Of a DNA stretch of 64,000 nucleotides, positions 25,545 to 36,535 are shown one piece after another. Origin of the DNA: Haplodiscus bocki (Eukaryota); contig OZ296648.1 in NCBI GenBank assembly GCA_965655095.1, positions 147,126,001 through 147,190,000 of the forward strand, written 5' to 3'. Position 1 is the stretch's first letter; every line of letters starts with the position of its first letter. Made by a program: the position numbers and the translations under genes. The notes below the pieces were generated by a model, which had not been told where the DNA came from, made no database searches, and worked only from the letters and a program-made list of their open reading frames with translations.

Positions 25545-26493
25545 TTTTGCTGAGTGTCCCGTGTAACTGCAGATTTGGCACACTAACTTCCCATTTTAGG
25601 TTGAAGCGTTCCTCGTTGGTTTGGTGGTTTGCGCGCTCCCTGTTTGACTGGGCCGTTTTTTATGTCGCGAGCCTTCTGTCGGCATTCTGCTTCTCTATGT
25701 CCCGGTTTATCACAATAGAAGCAACTTCCGTCGTATCGTCTGGTCTGTCGTTTTACATCGGGTTGTTGGTGCTGTGCTGGTCTTGGGGTGTCCGTTTGTT
25801 TCAATTAGGCTTGGTGGAACAGCTGTGGTATTGTTGCTTAGGCGAACTGGTTATATTGTTGTCTCCGGTTTAAAAAGATTTTTATTTTCTCGGGAGACGC
25901 GTCTCTTTTATTGTGAAATATGAGGTCCTGTTGGATGTCGATGGGTAGTTTCCCAAACAAGAATGTCTGAATGAATTTCGCGGCATTATCCTGGAAGGCT
26001 TGTTTGGCTATGATCTTCAGCCGTCTTAGAAATTCGGAAAAAGTTTCCACCGTTGGGTCAGACTTCGCCTGATCCCATTTGTATCTGGCGACCTCTTTTA
26101 GATCACCTTTGGTGAACTCTTTTCTAAGTTTGTCCAATACCTCGGTTAACGTCGTCTCCGTAGAGATCTTTAGTGACTTGAAAATTCAATTGTCTCTTCG
26201 CGCAGTAAGCTCTGGAAAAATTGAAGTTTCACCTCTTCTTTAAAACGATTGCTGATTTGTCGAAGATGGTTTCGGAGCAAGTGTTCAAATTTATTTAACC
26301 GGTCTTTTTTTCGTCGGAACGTAGGGACTTGTGTATGCAAAAGCTTTTGATTCGTGTTCGTGGCTCGTAGTCTATTAGGCAGCGTTGTGATTGCGTCGAT
26401 GATCTTTTCATAGTGGTCTGTCACGTCTGATGTTTGCGAGTATTCTGCTCTTCTGTTTCTGCAGGGGAGGACTGTTTCGTTGTCACTCTCCAT
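25545..26493 (-). pseudogene. gag: gag with two CCHC zinc knuckles (frameshifted)
   Basis: QVPTFR..FEHLLRNHL..KLQFFQSLLREE; ETFSEFLRRLKIIAKQAF..FLFGKLP; CX2CX4HX4C motifs. Confidence 0.85.
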
Positions 26494-27059
26494 GTCCGCG
26501 TGTTGTGGTATTGGTGGTTGTTGATGTGCGGCTCAGGTTGCTCCTGTCACCGTGTCGGACGAGTATCCCTTGGTGTTCAACGGTGCTACCGTCGGGAACC
26601 TAGATGATTCCGGTTCTTCGCTGTAAGGCGACCTATACGGATTCGGGGTTTCACGGGAACTCACAGTGGTAGTTTGCTCAGCCGAGTTACTCTGACTCAA
26701 GCGGTCCATCATTTCAGTAGGGCAGTGATATTTGCATTGAGAGGCTCAAGGCTCACTTTTATCTTTTCATCTACTAATTCAGGAGAAAATCTCATGCTAT
26801 TCTTTTTGCTGCCTTCAATTATTCCCATTTCCGCTTCTCCGGTGTTTTCATCTCCGTGCGCTGACATTCTTGGCTGTGTTCTCAAGTCGTACTATTTCCC
26901 ACTTCTTATCGTCCTAAAATTAAAAAAAGCTCATATCATCGGCAAGAGGTAAATAAAGATTTGGGCCGATATATTTGTTGAGATAGTATCGTTTTCTAAA
27001 GGTTACAAAAGCAAGTTTAAGTCTCGATGGAAAACGATGTGTCAAATCGTCGAAGACAC

Positions 27060-27288
27060 TGTGGGTTATGTGGGTTGTCACAACGCTCTCTGGTTATCAC
27101 GTGGTTAGTTCAGTGACCTTCTGGCTTCAGAGGTTATTACGTGTTAGCTGTTCGCGGTCGGATTTATGCGGTCACCTGACCGATGGTAAGACGCAATTCT
27201 TACCATCGGTGAGCTCTTTTTGGCTTGTTGGCCTAGGTGCTAGTTAGTTTATTACTAAGTGAGGCGCAAATCTGCCGGTAGCGTGACA
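27060..27288 (-). repeat. Putative 5' LTR of the 23.5-27.3 kb Gypsy element
   Basis: tgt..gtgaca termini (tgtcac at 27076, gtgaca ending 27288) directly upstream of gag; contains a perfect 13-bp stem-loop. Confidence 0.45.
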
Positions 27289-27419
27289 AAAGATGAGTTT
27301 TGTGTAAACTTAAACATCATATCTGCATGAACTAAAAATTGTGTAAAAAAGCCCTGAATCATTGAAATAAACGCTAAAGATGATGTAAATGAATGGTAAA
27401 TGATTTCAGATACTCTATG

Positions 27420-29150
27420 GGGGGTTTAGGGCATTTTCCGATATACATCGAAAAATGTTCGATTGTTGTTTCTGCGATATTGCTGTTTTAATTCAGCTCT
27501 CGGAAAATGTCTGTATTCCTGATGTATCAGCTAACTCCGTGTTAGTACTGTTGTATGTGGCTATTTTCCACCTGGGACGTCGGAGTATGCTTTAGTACCA
27601 ATACATCAGCGTATTTACTGTGCAGACATTGAAAAATGCTGCTTGCAAGTATTTAAATATTCCGGACATTGTAGTTTAGTATCAAGTCCTCAGACATCGG
27701 AAAATGTCTAAGATCTGGCGCAAGCTGCTCCCTCAACCGGAGCCGCTGTGCGTTTTCTAGCGTATAGTCATGTGTGCTCTATCAATCAGTTTCTGTCGGC
27801 AACCCAGCTGCGGAGTCAATATTTGCCGTTTTCAGTCTTGAACGGATAGAAAACTATGTAAATCTTTACTTTCTCCCAAATCTATTCTGCTTCTCTATTT
27901 TCTAATGCTATATCTCTCTCTAATTGAGTCTTCATGTTCGCTTATAGCGGAAAAGATTTCGAAGTGAAAACATCGGGACGGATGTTTTCCGGTGTTGTGC
28001 AGTATCAGCTCAATACAAGTTTATATAGTCAATTTACTGCATTACAGAGGCCACATGTAATTATTGCAGATTTCCGGTCGAAGCTTACCGGTGTCTTCTT
28101 TTCTTCTAATGTGTATTTTCATCTTTGAGCTAGCACCTGTCGAGTCTGTATTATCATGTCATTTCTGCACTTTTGGTATTGATGTTGGGTAACAGTTAAT
28201 TTGTAATATGCTCAGCGATACTTGGTTTTACATACTACATAGCATTTTTTATAATACATGGTCTCTTTCATACCGGGGAGAAGAGAAGTAATATGACATA
28301 CTCGCGTTTATACCTTTTTGGCTACAGAAATGCATTGAGATCTTAATCACTATTGTTAGCTTCATACATGTAGCACCTAGTCGTACTTTTAGGGATATGT
28401 AGATAACTCAGTGTTTCCCTCATGCGTGCATGACAATAGGTGTTCAGCAAAAGTGCTGCATCATATTTCAGAGAAGTAAGTAACTGTTTTCCTCGACCCA
28501 ATGGGTAACAATCGATGTCGTCGTTGCTGTTTTTCACGTCCTGTTGCGGCTCCGCATTTGCACTAATACCCAGTTTTTATACCTGAATACACTGGGGGTG
28601 TTTGTTATGTCTTCTAATGTTCCTATTGTCCACTGCCAATAAAGACAACTTGCTTCCGCCGTTTGTTTTTGGTCATCTCTGACATGAATTTGGATTTGGT
28701 CTAGGATTTGGAGTATAATAGGATGCTTATTGTTACGGTTTCGTGTTTGCATTATAACGCTGCCTTCTCACGATTGAGAAATTAAAACAAAATGGCGAGC
28801 GTTTCAGAAATCTTCCACTACAAATGTCAACGAGTTGGTACATTGGTTTCGCATCGGTAGCAAACTTCCAGCGTTTTTCGGAGCGAATACCCTCGAGCGT
28901 ATTCACGAGGTCCTTTCAGTTTCAGAAGGGCACTTTCTACAGCAATCCTCAAAACTTCTCCGAAACTTGTCCTCAGGACGTCCGAGAAACCAAAAATCCC
29001 CAGCAAAATTATGTTCGTAAATTTGTTTCTTTGAACTGGAACGTGTAAGGTACATTCTTTTCTGAAGCACAATTCCTGTGCGTTGAGTTTCTTGATGAGA
29101 TTTTCTGCATTATTTCACTGGTCTACCCACGGCGTTTCGGAGTTCCGCTT
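27420..29150 (+). mobile_element. Degenerate Mutator/MULE transposon: TIR-like left end plus transposase relic
   Basis: G-rich start with repeated catcggaaaatgt(c) sub-terminal motifs (27420-27710). Decayed MULE-order motifs: VAPS..YVDNSVFP (~28370-28420), PQWVTID (DFE-like, ~28500), TTNVNE..W..GF (TTNxxEGWH-like, ~28815-28850). Confidence 0.5.
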
Positions 29151-30617
29151 CACCGTTCATGTTTTTTAAGTTGTTGTGTTTTTGATCTGACGGCTGGAAG
29201 TATTGTCCCTTTCTATACTGCGTTTTCTTTCAATTTCAACGAATTGGACATTTGAAATGAAGTTTATAGTTTATAAGCACTTAGCAATGTGAGTGGCTTC
29301 ATTTTGCGTCGAGGTAGTTCTTAGATTAAGTGTGCTTTCCTTGGTCGTTCGATAAATCGGCATCGCTCTCAGATGGCCTCCGCTACTCTTGATATCGCGT
29401 TTCATAATAGTTTTCAAACAATTTCTCTCTGCCACCACTTGTTCAATGTGGCATGGCTAAAGTAGTCAGCGCATTGATTTTTTGACCCGGCAACCTTTCC
29501 GACGAAATATCAAATTACTTGGTAAAGAAGAACCAACTGCTCAGACTAGTGCTACGAGGTGTGTTCTATTTGAAAACTTTTCAAAAATTGTTCTAGTACT
29601 TCCTGAACAGGGTGCAAAAGCATTTATTTTCCGTACAAAAAACTCAAAAAATTCCGCGATCGGACACTACTGGTAGCAATTCTAATTCAACCATGGATTA
29701 ATTGCTTTTGTTTTGACTTTTAAAAAAGTCTACTCTGCAAATAGCAACATTTTTAATCTCCCTAGAAAAGTTTCTTACCTGTATTGAAGCCCCCACGTCC
29801 ATTCACAATGCAACACATGCCACGCTATATAATCATTTCCTTGTAATATACTTCAAATGGTATTTCTGTTAGTAGTTCTTTCCTTTTCGTGAAGTTTTGT
29901 TTAAGTTTGTCGGGCCAGTTGCATCGTGTTTCATTCTTAATATGCTTTTCAAAAATTACGTCTTTCCTGAGAAGTCATTCTAGGTTTTGGTAACTATGAA
30001 ACTGTGAGGAAAGATTTCGTTTGTTTTGTTCTATCTGGAAATGCTAATTCATTACTTGTGTCTGTTTTCTTTTTGTTCAATACTACACAGCTTTACGATA
30101 TATCCTATTTTTTGAATACTTCCGGATATGAGGTCGATTTGATTGTTCTTTTTCTTGGTCTGTATCACACTTTCTGTATTTTTTTTCTGCTTTTCTCAAT
30201 TTTTTTTCTCTGCATGTTGGGTTTCCTTTCTTCTTCAAACTTCCAAAATGTGATCAAGGCAAACTGGCAATTATTAATTTGATATTCATAAGAAAATTGA
30301 ACTGAGCGCCGTCTTCTGAGAAGCACTCTTCGATGCCCGCGATGTACCCCGAGCGCACCCAATGGGTTTCTTGCGCCCCAAGGGCGTCGTGAGTATCCTC
30401 AGTTGGAGCTGCTCCTTATTTACGGCACCTAGGCGACCTGTCGTTTCTCTTGCGTTCGTACTGCCGGCTTCGTTTGGTGGGATCTGTTGTCCTGAAGCCC
30501 CAACCTTTTTTCTTGTCTTGAGTCTTGTGTGCCCATAGCTGGGCTTGTAGTGTGAGATGTCTTCCTTTCTTAGACAGCGCTTTGTTTTCAGCTCCTGGAG
30601 TGGACGAATTTCGGACA

Positions 30618-31277
30618 ATGCATGTCTTTGGCGCCAGTTCTCTAGCTGCTTCGGTGAACACTCTTAATGGTGGTGTCTTCAAACGGCGACGTTTTCTAAC
30701 TGCTATTCCTGGACTCCACTTAGTACAACGCTCTGCCCGTTTCCCCTGCAAAACAGTCCAATACCAACTTCATAAACTTCTCCGTCTACACAAACACACT
30801 TTAAATTTCCAAATCGTCCTCTGGCATGACACCATTAACAATTCCATTACACCGCACTCCTCAAACTTCTACAACCCTTTAAGTCCTCAAGAACTCGTTG
30901 AAGCAATCAGTGCTCTTCTTTGTCCCGTCTCTGCCATAGTCTACTGTCACCGGAATAATTCTCTTCCAATTTTCGACCAGCTCAGTTGGTCCTTTTTGAC
31001 CGTTCATGCAGTCAAGCACCTTTTATCACACCGCAAACCAAAGAACATTGCCTTACTTCGCAAATACAGCGAACTTCATTTGGATATCTCCTTGGAAATC
31101 AGGATGTTCTTTTTAATATCCAAACATATTAGTGACCTCCACCTCCTAACAAAGAAAAAATCGAGACTCAACAACAAGCGACGACGTTCACGTTTCCGAA
31201 AACAACAACTCCAACAGCCGACGCAACATCCACAGTTTCAACATCACCATCCCCATCAGCATCTCCATACCCGTTAA
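30618..31277 (+). CDS. Intact 219-aa ORF with SGNH/GDSL-hydrolase-like motif spacing and a basic C-terminal tail; probably retroelement-derived
   Basis: Longest ORF in the window (frame open from 30525). MHVFGASSL (block I-like), AIPGL (block II-like), IVLWHDTINNS (block III-like), YSELHL (block V-like), then KKKSRLNNKRRRSRFRK and a Q/H/P tail. Confidence 0.6.
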   Translation: MHVFGASSLAASVNTLNGGVFKRRRFLTAIPGLHLVQRSARFPCKTVQYQLHKLLRLHKHTLNFQIVLWHDTINNSITPHSSNFYNPLSPQELVEAISALLCPVSAIVYCHRNNSLPIFDQLSWSFLTVHAVKHLLSHRKPKNIALLRKYSELHLDISLEIRMFFLISKHISDLHLLTKKKSRLNNKRRRSRFRKQQLQQPTQHPQFQHHHPHQHLHTR

Positions 31278-32499
31278 CCCTGCACGACCCTTCTCCGCTG
31301 CAGTCACCGCCATATTTCTACTAAAACTACTAACAGAACATCGTCTTCTTCAACTTTAACAAAGCCTTTCTTCTTCATGTCGGCCCTGTTGCCTTCAGTT
31401 TGCTCCTCATTAGACTCCTTCAGTGGTGGTCTTAGCGGATTCGCTGGTTGGCCAGCCGTTCCTGCTCTCTTTTTTTCGCGAGGACGCAATTACCACATGG
31501 CGCGACTGATATAGCGGTCGTCGCCGCTCTTAATAACCAATAACAGCGAGGCGCCGCGAATATATAACTGGACACAGCGAGGCTCCAATAAGATAAAGGT
31601 GATTTTATGAACAACACAGGGACCTGTCAGAAACTCAAGTACCCTCGACTCGCTTTAAATAAAACAAACCGTACAAAATATTAAACAATTTCGTAACCTA
31701 ATAAACTTTAATCTCATTTTATTTTACTTTACTTCTTTATCCCCCAAAAAGGACCCGTCTGTTTTTAATGTTATTTACTTGTCATACTTTCTAATTTTCA
31801 CTATCACGCAGTTTCAATAATACACAGCTCCTTCTTTTATCTGACACACATTTAATATTCCTTCCTTCTTTAATAAGCTTCATATTTTGAACATTTGCAG
31901 GAACTTAACTTTTAATTTAAACTTGTTGAAATATGTTTGTTATTTCCTTATCTAACCTTTGCCCCTTATTGGTTGTCATTTCGACTTCCGAAAAATTCAA
32001 AACCCTCAGCAACCCAGAAATTACAGACCCCAACACAACACCTCTAACCGTCTTGTGAGCAACATTCAACAGAAAAACAAGAGAATGGCAACCTCCATAA
32101 ATACAACCCTCAACTCTCCTCGCTTGAAAATGTAAGATGTTTTCTCTTTTTGTATTATTCTTTTTTCAATTAAAAACTATTTAAACTCAAACAATTTCTC
32201 AACTAGAGCAATTCCAAAAAGGAAAAACACAATCAAAAGAAACCTAATAAAGCCTCCATCCGCCCATCCGAAAAATAAAAATAGAAAAGAACTCTTGTCA
32301 TGGGTTTAACAATAAAATCACGGTTGTTGAAATAAAAATTGTTTATCTATGATTTCGCAAAACTGACGTGTTTGTTCGTTTGTTTGGATAAAATCAATAG
32401 TCGGTAAGCACAGTCCACGTCATACATAAATAGCCTTAGTGCTTAGTGGTTTCTTTTTTTCCATTTTCATCTTTGTGGAAACTTGATTTAGCAGTGTCT

Positions 32500-34480
32500 T
32501 CTTGTTCGGCATATATGGTGGTTTGTTGTTTTCCAACTTTTGTTCACCTTTGACGAGTTGAGTGCAGTTCTCGAGGATTCAGTTCCTCAATGTATCAAGG
32601 GTGGCGATGAAAAACAGTTTTACCTAAATCTCCATAGTGATTCAGTTGCCAATTATCCAATTCCTGCTTTCCTCCTTAGTTCTGCGCGGACTGCTTCTTC
32701 TAAGTGGCATAACAACAGTCTTGTTTTTTTTGCTTAAGCAAAAGCCACTCTACGATTGCGACTTCCATGTCTTATGAAAGCTGTACTCGTGTTGGAAAAC
32801 CTGCGAACTTTCCGGTAAATTTTGATTGGTCTCTTTTATGTCACAAAAAGGATGTTTTCCTGATGTTTGTGTAACGCAAACCAAGTGATGGTGTGACATT
32901 GCTTGTAACTACAACATTAGATAGTACTTCTCATATTGTTGATTCAGCACAACCGATATTTGTTTTTGAAATTCTGTTACTTCTTGTTCACAACCTGATG
33001 CTTTTTCTTCGTCGGTTAACTTTTTAGTTTATTCCTTGTTTCTTTGTCATGGAATTTCCCCTGTCCACAAGAATCAGATTTTTGGGTCGTTGTTTTTTTT
33101 CGTTCCTTCGTAAAATATCTGTAAATGCCTCCACTTTCTTTTTTGTTCGAGATGTGCGCGTTTTTTTTCAGCTAGGGTCTTGTTCTATTTCTTTTTGCAT
33201 GTGTTTGGATCATTTAAGTTGGAGGATTTTAGTTTTTTGTTCGTCTTACCACAACGTGTACATTTTTGATCTGTATTTGAACAATTATGATATGGGGCGT
33301 CGTTAAATCTGCAATCACAATTGTTTTCTGTTTTTCTCCGTTTTGCTCCGATACTTTCAAATCAGTTAAAAATGATTGTTCGTCGTATGAAAGTTCGATA
33401 TGATGCTAATTTCTACGACATTGTCAATTTCTGCTCTTTTTTTATATTTAAAATGTCTCATTCTGTTTTTATTTATTTTGGTTGAAAAACAGTTTCTTCT
33501 CGGCAATTTTTCCTTATGTTTTTTTAACACTGTGGTTGATTCAACAAACTTTGCAGTTAAAATATCTCCCGGTTTTTTGCGCCAAAGTAATAGGTCTTTT
33601 TCAATTTGCGTAACTAATTCCAATGGTTTTGTAGGTTTCGGCTTGTTCTTTTTTTTTGCGCAAAAAATTGACCCCTGATGTGTATAGTGCTGGTATATGC
33701 CATGAATTTTTGTTATTCCTTCAATTCTTCAATGACCTCAATACTCCAATTCAATCAGCAGTGATAAATGCTTTCCTGTTTTTTTTTTCACTTTGCTTCG
33801 ATACTCAGAAATCGTTTAATTTCTTATGTTGCTCGCATGAAAATCGTATGCATTGCTATTTCGTGCATCATTGTCGGTTTCTATTCTTTTCATCGTGTGT
33901 GGTGTCGAAATGGGTCTTTATTTCTTTTGCTTGAAAAAACGGTTTCCTCTCGCCAATTTTATTCAAATTTTTGTCCGTGGTTGTTGAAACAAGTTTTGGA
34001 GTTATATTATTTTCGGCTTTTTCCCCAACCTCATTGGTTTTTCTAAGTTTACTCATTTTATTCCAATGATTTTGCAAGTTTCTGCTTGTTCTTTCTTTTT
34101 CCACAGGAAAACTGACCCCTGACATGTTTTGTGCTTGTAATTGGCATGTATTTGCAGTTGTAGCTTCAAAAACTCTCATTTTCCTCATTACTTTAATGAT
34201 CTTTGGATCAGAATTGTATTCAACTCCTCTATTTTTATATTTTCATTGAATGGCCTGAAGCCTTCTGCCGTCAAGTGTTGCGTTTATCATCTTTATCTTC
34301 TGTATTCCGTTCCAAAACGGTCAATTCGGTTCCACGGGCCAGTTTGGATCGCCTGTTTTTTCCAAAGTTTTTCTCTATTTTGCCGCAAAACTAAGTACAA
34401 ATCCTTTCCCCAGTGTGTATTTTTCATCGTTGACTGGGTTGTGTTGTAGGTAGAGGGCATCGTTAGTGCTGCTGTCATTT
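32500..34480 (-). pseudogene. Decayed Lys-rich coding region with a ~450-bp internally repeated domain; unknown family
   Basis: ORF fragments 33366-33623, 33868-34188 and 34293-34478. Paired motifs at 33481/33931 and ~33665/34110 (IHGIYQHYTHQGSIF vs IHANYKHKTCQGSVF). Confidence 0.35.
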
Positions 34481-34687
34481 TTTTGCTACGGTTAAACTTT
34501 TCCTCTGACAGTTAATCAAAAATCAAATCAGATTAGTGTAATGAGTTGCTTATTGCACCATGTTTTAGAAATGGGCAGTTGTAACTATTTATGTATTGAT
34601 CAAAGTAATTTAATGCTCTATCGGCAAGATCTTTTTTGTGAATGATTGTTAACGTATAAGGTTAGACGTTCAGTTTCGCACCGTTAT

Positions 34688-34928
34688 GACTGGAGTTATT
34701 CGTCAGTCAAATATTGTTGCAAAATTCGGTGACTCAATACTGACGTGGTTTGAAAAACGTTTTTGAGGGTAAACAATCATATCGAATGTCATATGCAATT
34801 CGATATGGTTGTTTACCGTCTAAAACGTTTTTCAAACCACGTCAGTATTGAGTCACCGAATTTTGCAACAAGTTTCCTTGTTAAAGTGTTTGCTTACAAC
34901 AGAGATTCTGTTATGATAACTCCAGTTA
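34688..34928. mobile_element. Hairpin MITE-like element with a ~158-bp near-perfect internal palindrome (34714-34871)
   Basis: ttgttgcaaaattcggtgactcaatactgacgtggtttgaaaaacgtttt... and its reverse complement flank a ~10-nt loop; outer short IR ctggagttat/ataactccag. Confidence 0.75.
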
Positions 34929-35290
34929 CACTTTGAAGTGTCTCACTTCAGAAGGTTTGAGGCCGAGCGAAGCCTCACGTCGATAGAGGATTGTAGCACG
35001 TCACTTGGTTACGGACACGAAATATTAAAAGTCATCTTTACTTGCAGTCGTAATATGGTTGTTCCAAATTGCCACATTTTCAAGCTGTTTTCGTAATCAA
35101 ATTTCTGACCCAAAAAATGGTTCGACAAAAAAAGGTGCCTAGAAACATTACCTTTAACTCTTTCGCCCTGACTGCAAGTAAAGACGAATTTTAATATTTC
35201 ACGTCCGTAACCAAGTGACGTTCAACGATCCTCTATCACCGTGAGGCTTAGACCGGCCTCAAACCTTCTGAAGTAAGACACTTCAAAGAG
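34929..35290. mobile_element. MITE with ~120-bp TIRs and a TA target-site duplication
   Basis: ta|cactttgaagtgtctcacttcagaaggtttgaggcc...ggcctcaaaccttctgaagtaagacacttcaaagag|ta; arms 34929-35049 and 35170-35290. Confidence 0.8.
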
Positions 35291-36535
35291 TAATGCACTA
35301 CTGCAAAGCCTAATACTCCAATGACGTAAGATCGAATGGAAGTTAGAGCCACCCTATTATCAACACCGAACGAAAATATGTCTTTTTGTTTGGAACGATT
35401 GGCGCGACCAAATGTCTAACTTCGACGGCCACTGCCAAAGCGTTGAGAAAAAGCCAACAAAATGGCCACTACCATGGACGTTGGACTGCAATCTTGACTT
35501 TGGAGAAAACTCCAAACAATGTTTTTAGTGCTCTAATGAATGACTAACGTGATGAACAGCTCCTTTCAAAACCTGTAAGCCTTACCAATCTAGGACAAAG
35601 TTATGACAACACTTTCGATTTTTTGTTCTTTCAGGGTCAAGATGGGTTGAGGGCATGCTCTTTTGAGAGATGACTCCGGCAAATAATCTCGCAAAGGACT
35701 GCCTTTTCCACAAGAGAACTGCTTTTTTCAAAACAACTATAATTCGAAAGGTCAATCAAGACACTAAAATTTAACTTCCCTCTCCAAATGTTCCCGGTTT
35801 GCGTTTTCAATGTGAACTATCCAGACAAGTTATCTACTGCATGAAACTTTCCTTCCACAAAACTTTAGGTTCTTCAGTTTGTGCTTTGTCGCATGAGTTT
35901 TTTTGCTCTGCGGTTTGATTGCTGCTCAAGATCCTTCGACCGGTGTCGACTGGCTCTGCCATTTCAAAAAGTATCTACTTTCTAAAAAATTATACATGAA
36001 GGCAACAACCGTTATCCCTGAAAGTGTATAAACCTGTTCAAATTCATAATCTTTATGCACATTGTGATAATTACAGTCTAGATCATCTCAGAGTAGATAC
36101 TGTTCACCACGGTTGTTGTTGCCACGATGTTACCACCAGCATAGAGCATCCGAGGCGGTCGAGATAATGATAGCTCCTAACTGTTTTTAACTTGTCACTT
36201 CTGGGTAATCGCCCTCTAAAAAACGGCAGTTTGTGGCAGCGTTTTATTGATAAAGTGAGGCTTCAAAAATGTGCCTGTTTTTTCGGTGGCGTTGATCACT
36301 TTTGGAACCGTTTTCGTTAGCCTGTCGTCATGTGTACTAGAGTTCGCTTAGGGTGATAGAAAATACTAGCACTCCGTTTGGCTACCGGCGAAGAGAGGAA
36401 CTCTTGAAATAAGAGCATCTTTTGCAGTTGGAACGTATTGATTAGCGGATGGGGTTTGTAGATTGTTTTATTTTCCAGCTACCTTTTGGCAAATGCCAAA
36501 ATAATCCCTCCAGTTACTTTGCTACAACTGGGGTA

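Larger units (their letters stand above)
23480..27288 (-). mobile_element. Ty3/Gypsy retrotransposon 5' half (LTR, gag, protease, start of RT), degenerate
   Basis: gag fragments 26170-26493 and 25838-26137; CCHC knuckle CFYCDKPGHREAEC (~25690-25730) and a second knuckle CQICSYTGHSAKHC (~25545-25585); decayed protease active site before GAVQSAMSE (~24800) and protease ORF 24413-24781 (..IQIAN..LVGMLYF). Confidence 0.85.

Noticed and set aside
30290-30520. Hammerhead ribozyme/Penelope-like terminus upstream of the SGNH-like ORF
   Set aside because: No CUGAUGA...GAAA core with compatible stems was found by eye.
35300-36530. Possible decayed coding sequence (also 39600-41400, 46450-47860)
   Set aside because: No ORF or motif that I could assign; left unannotated.
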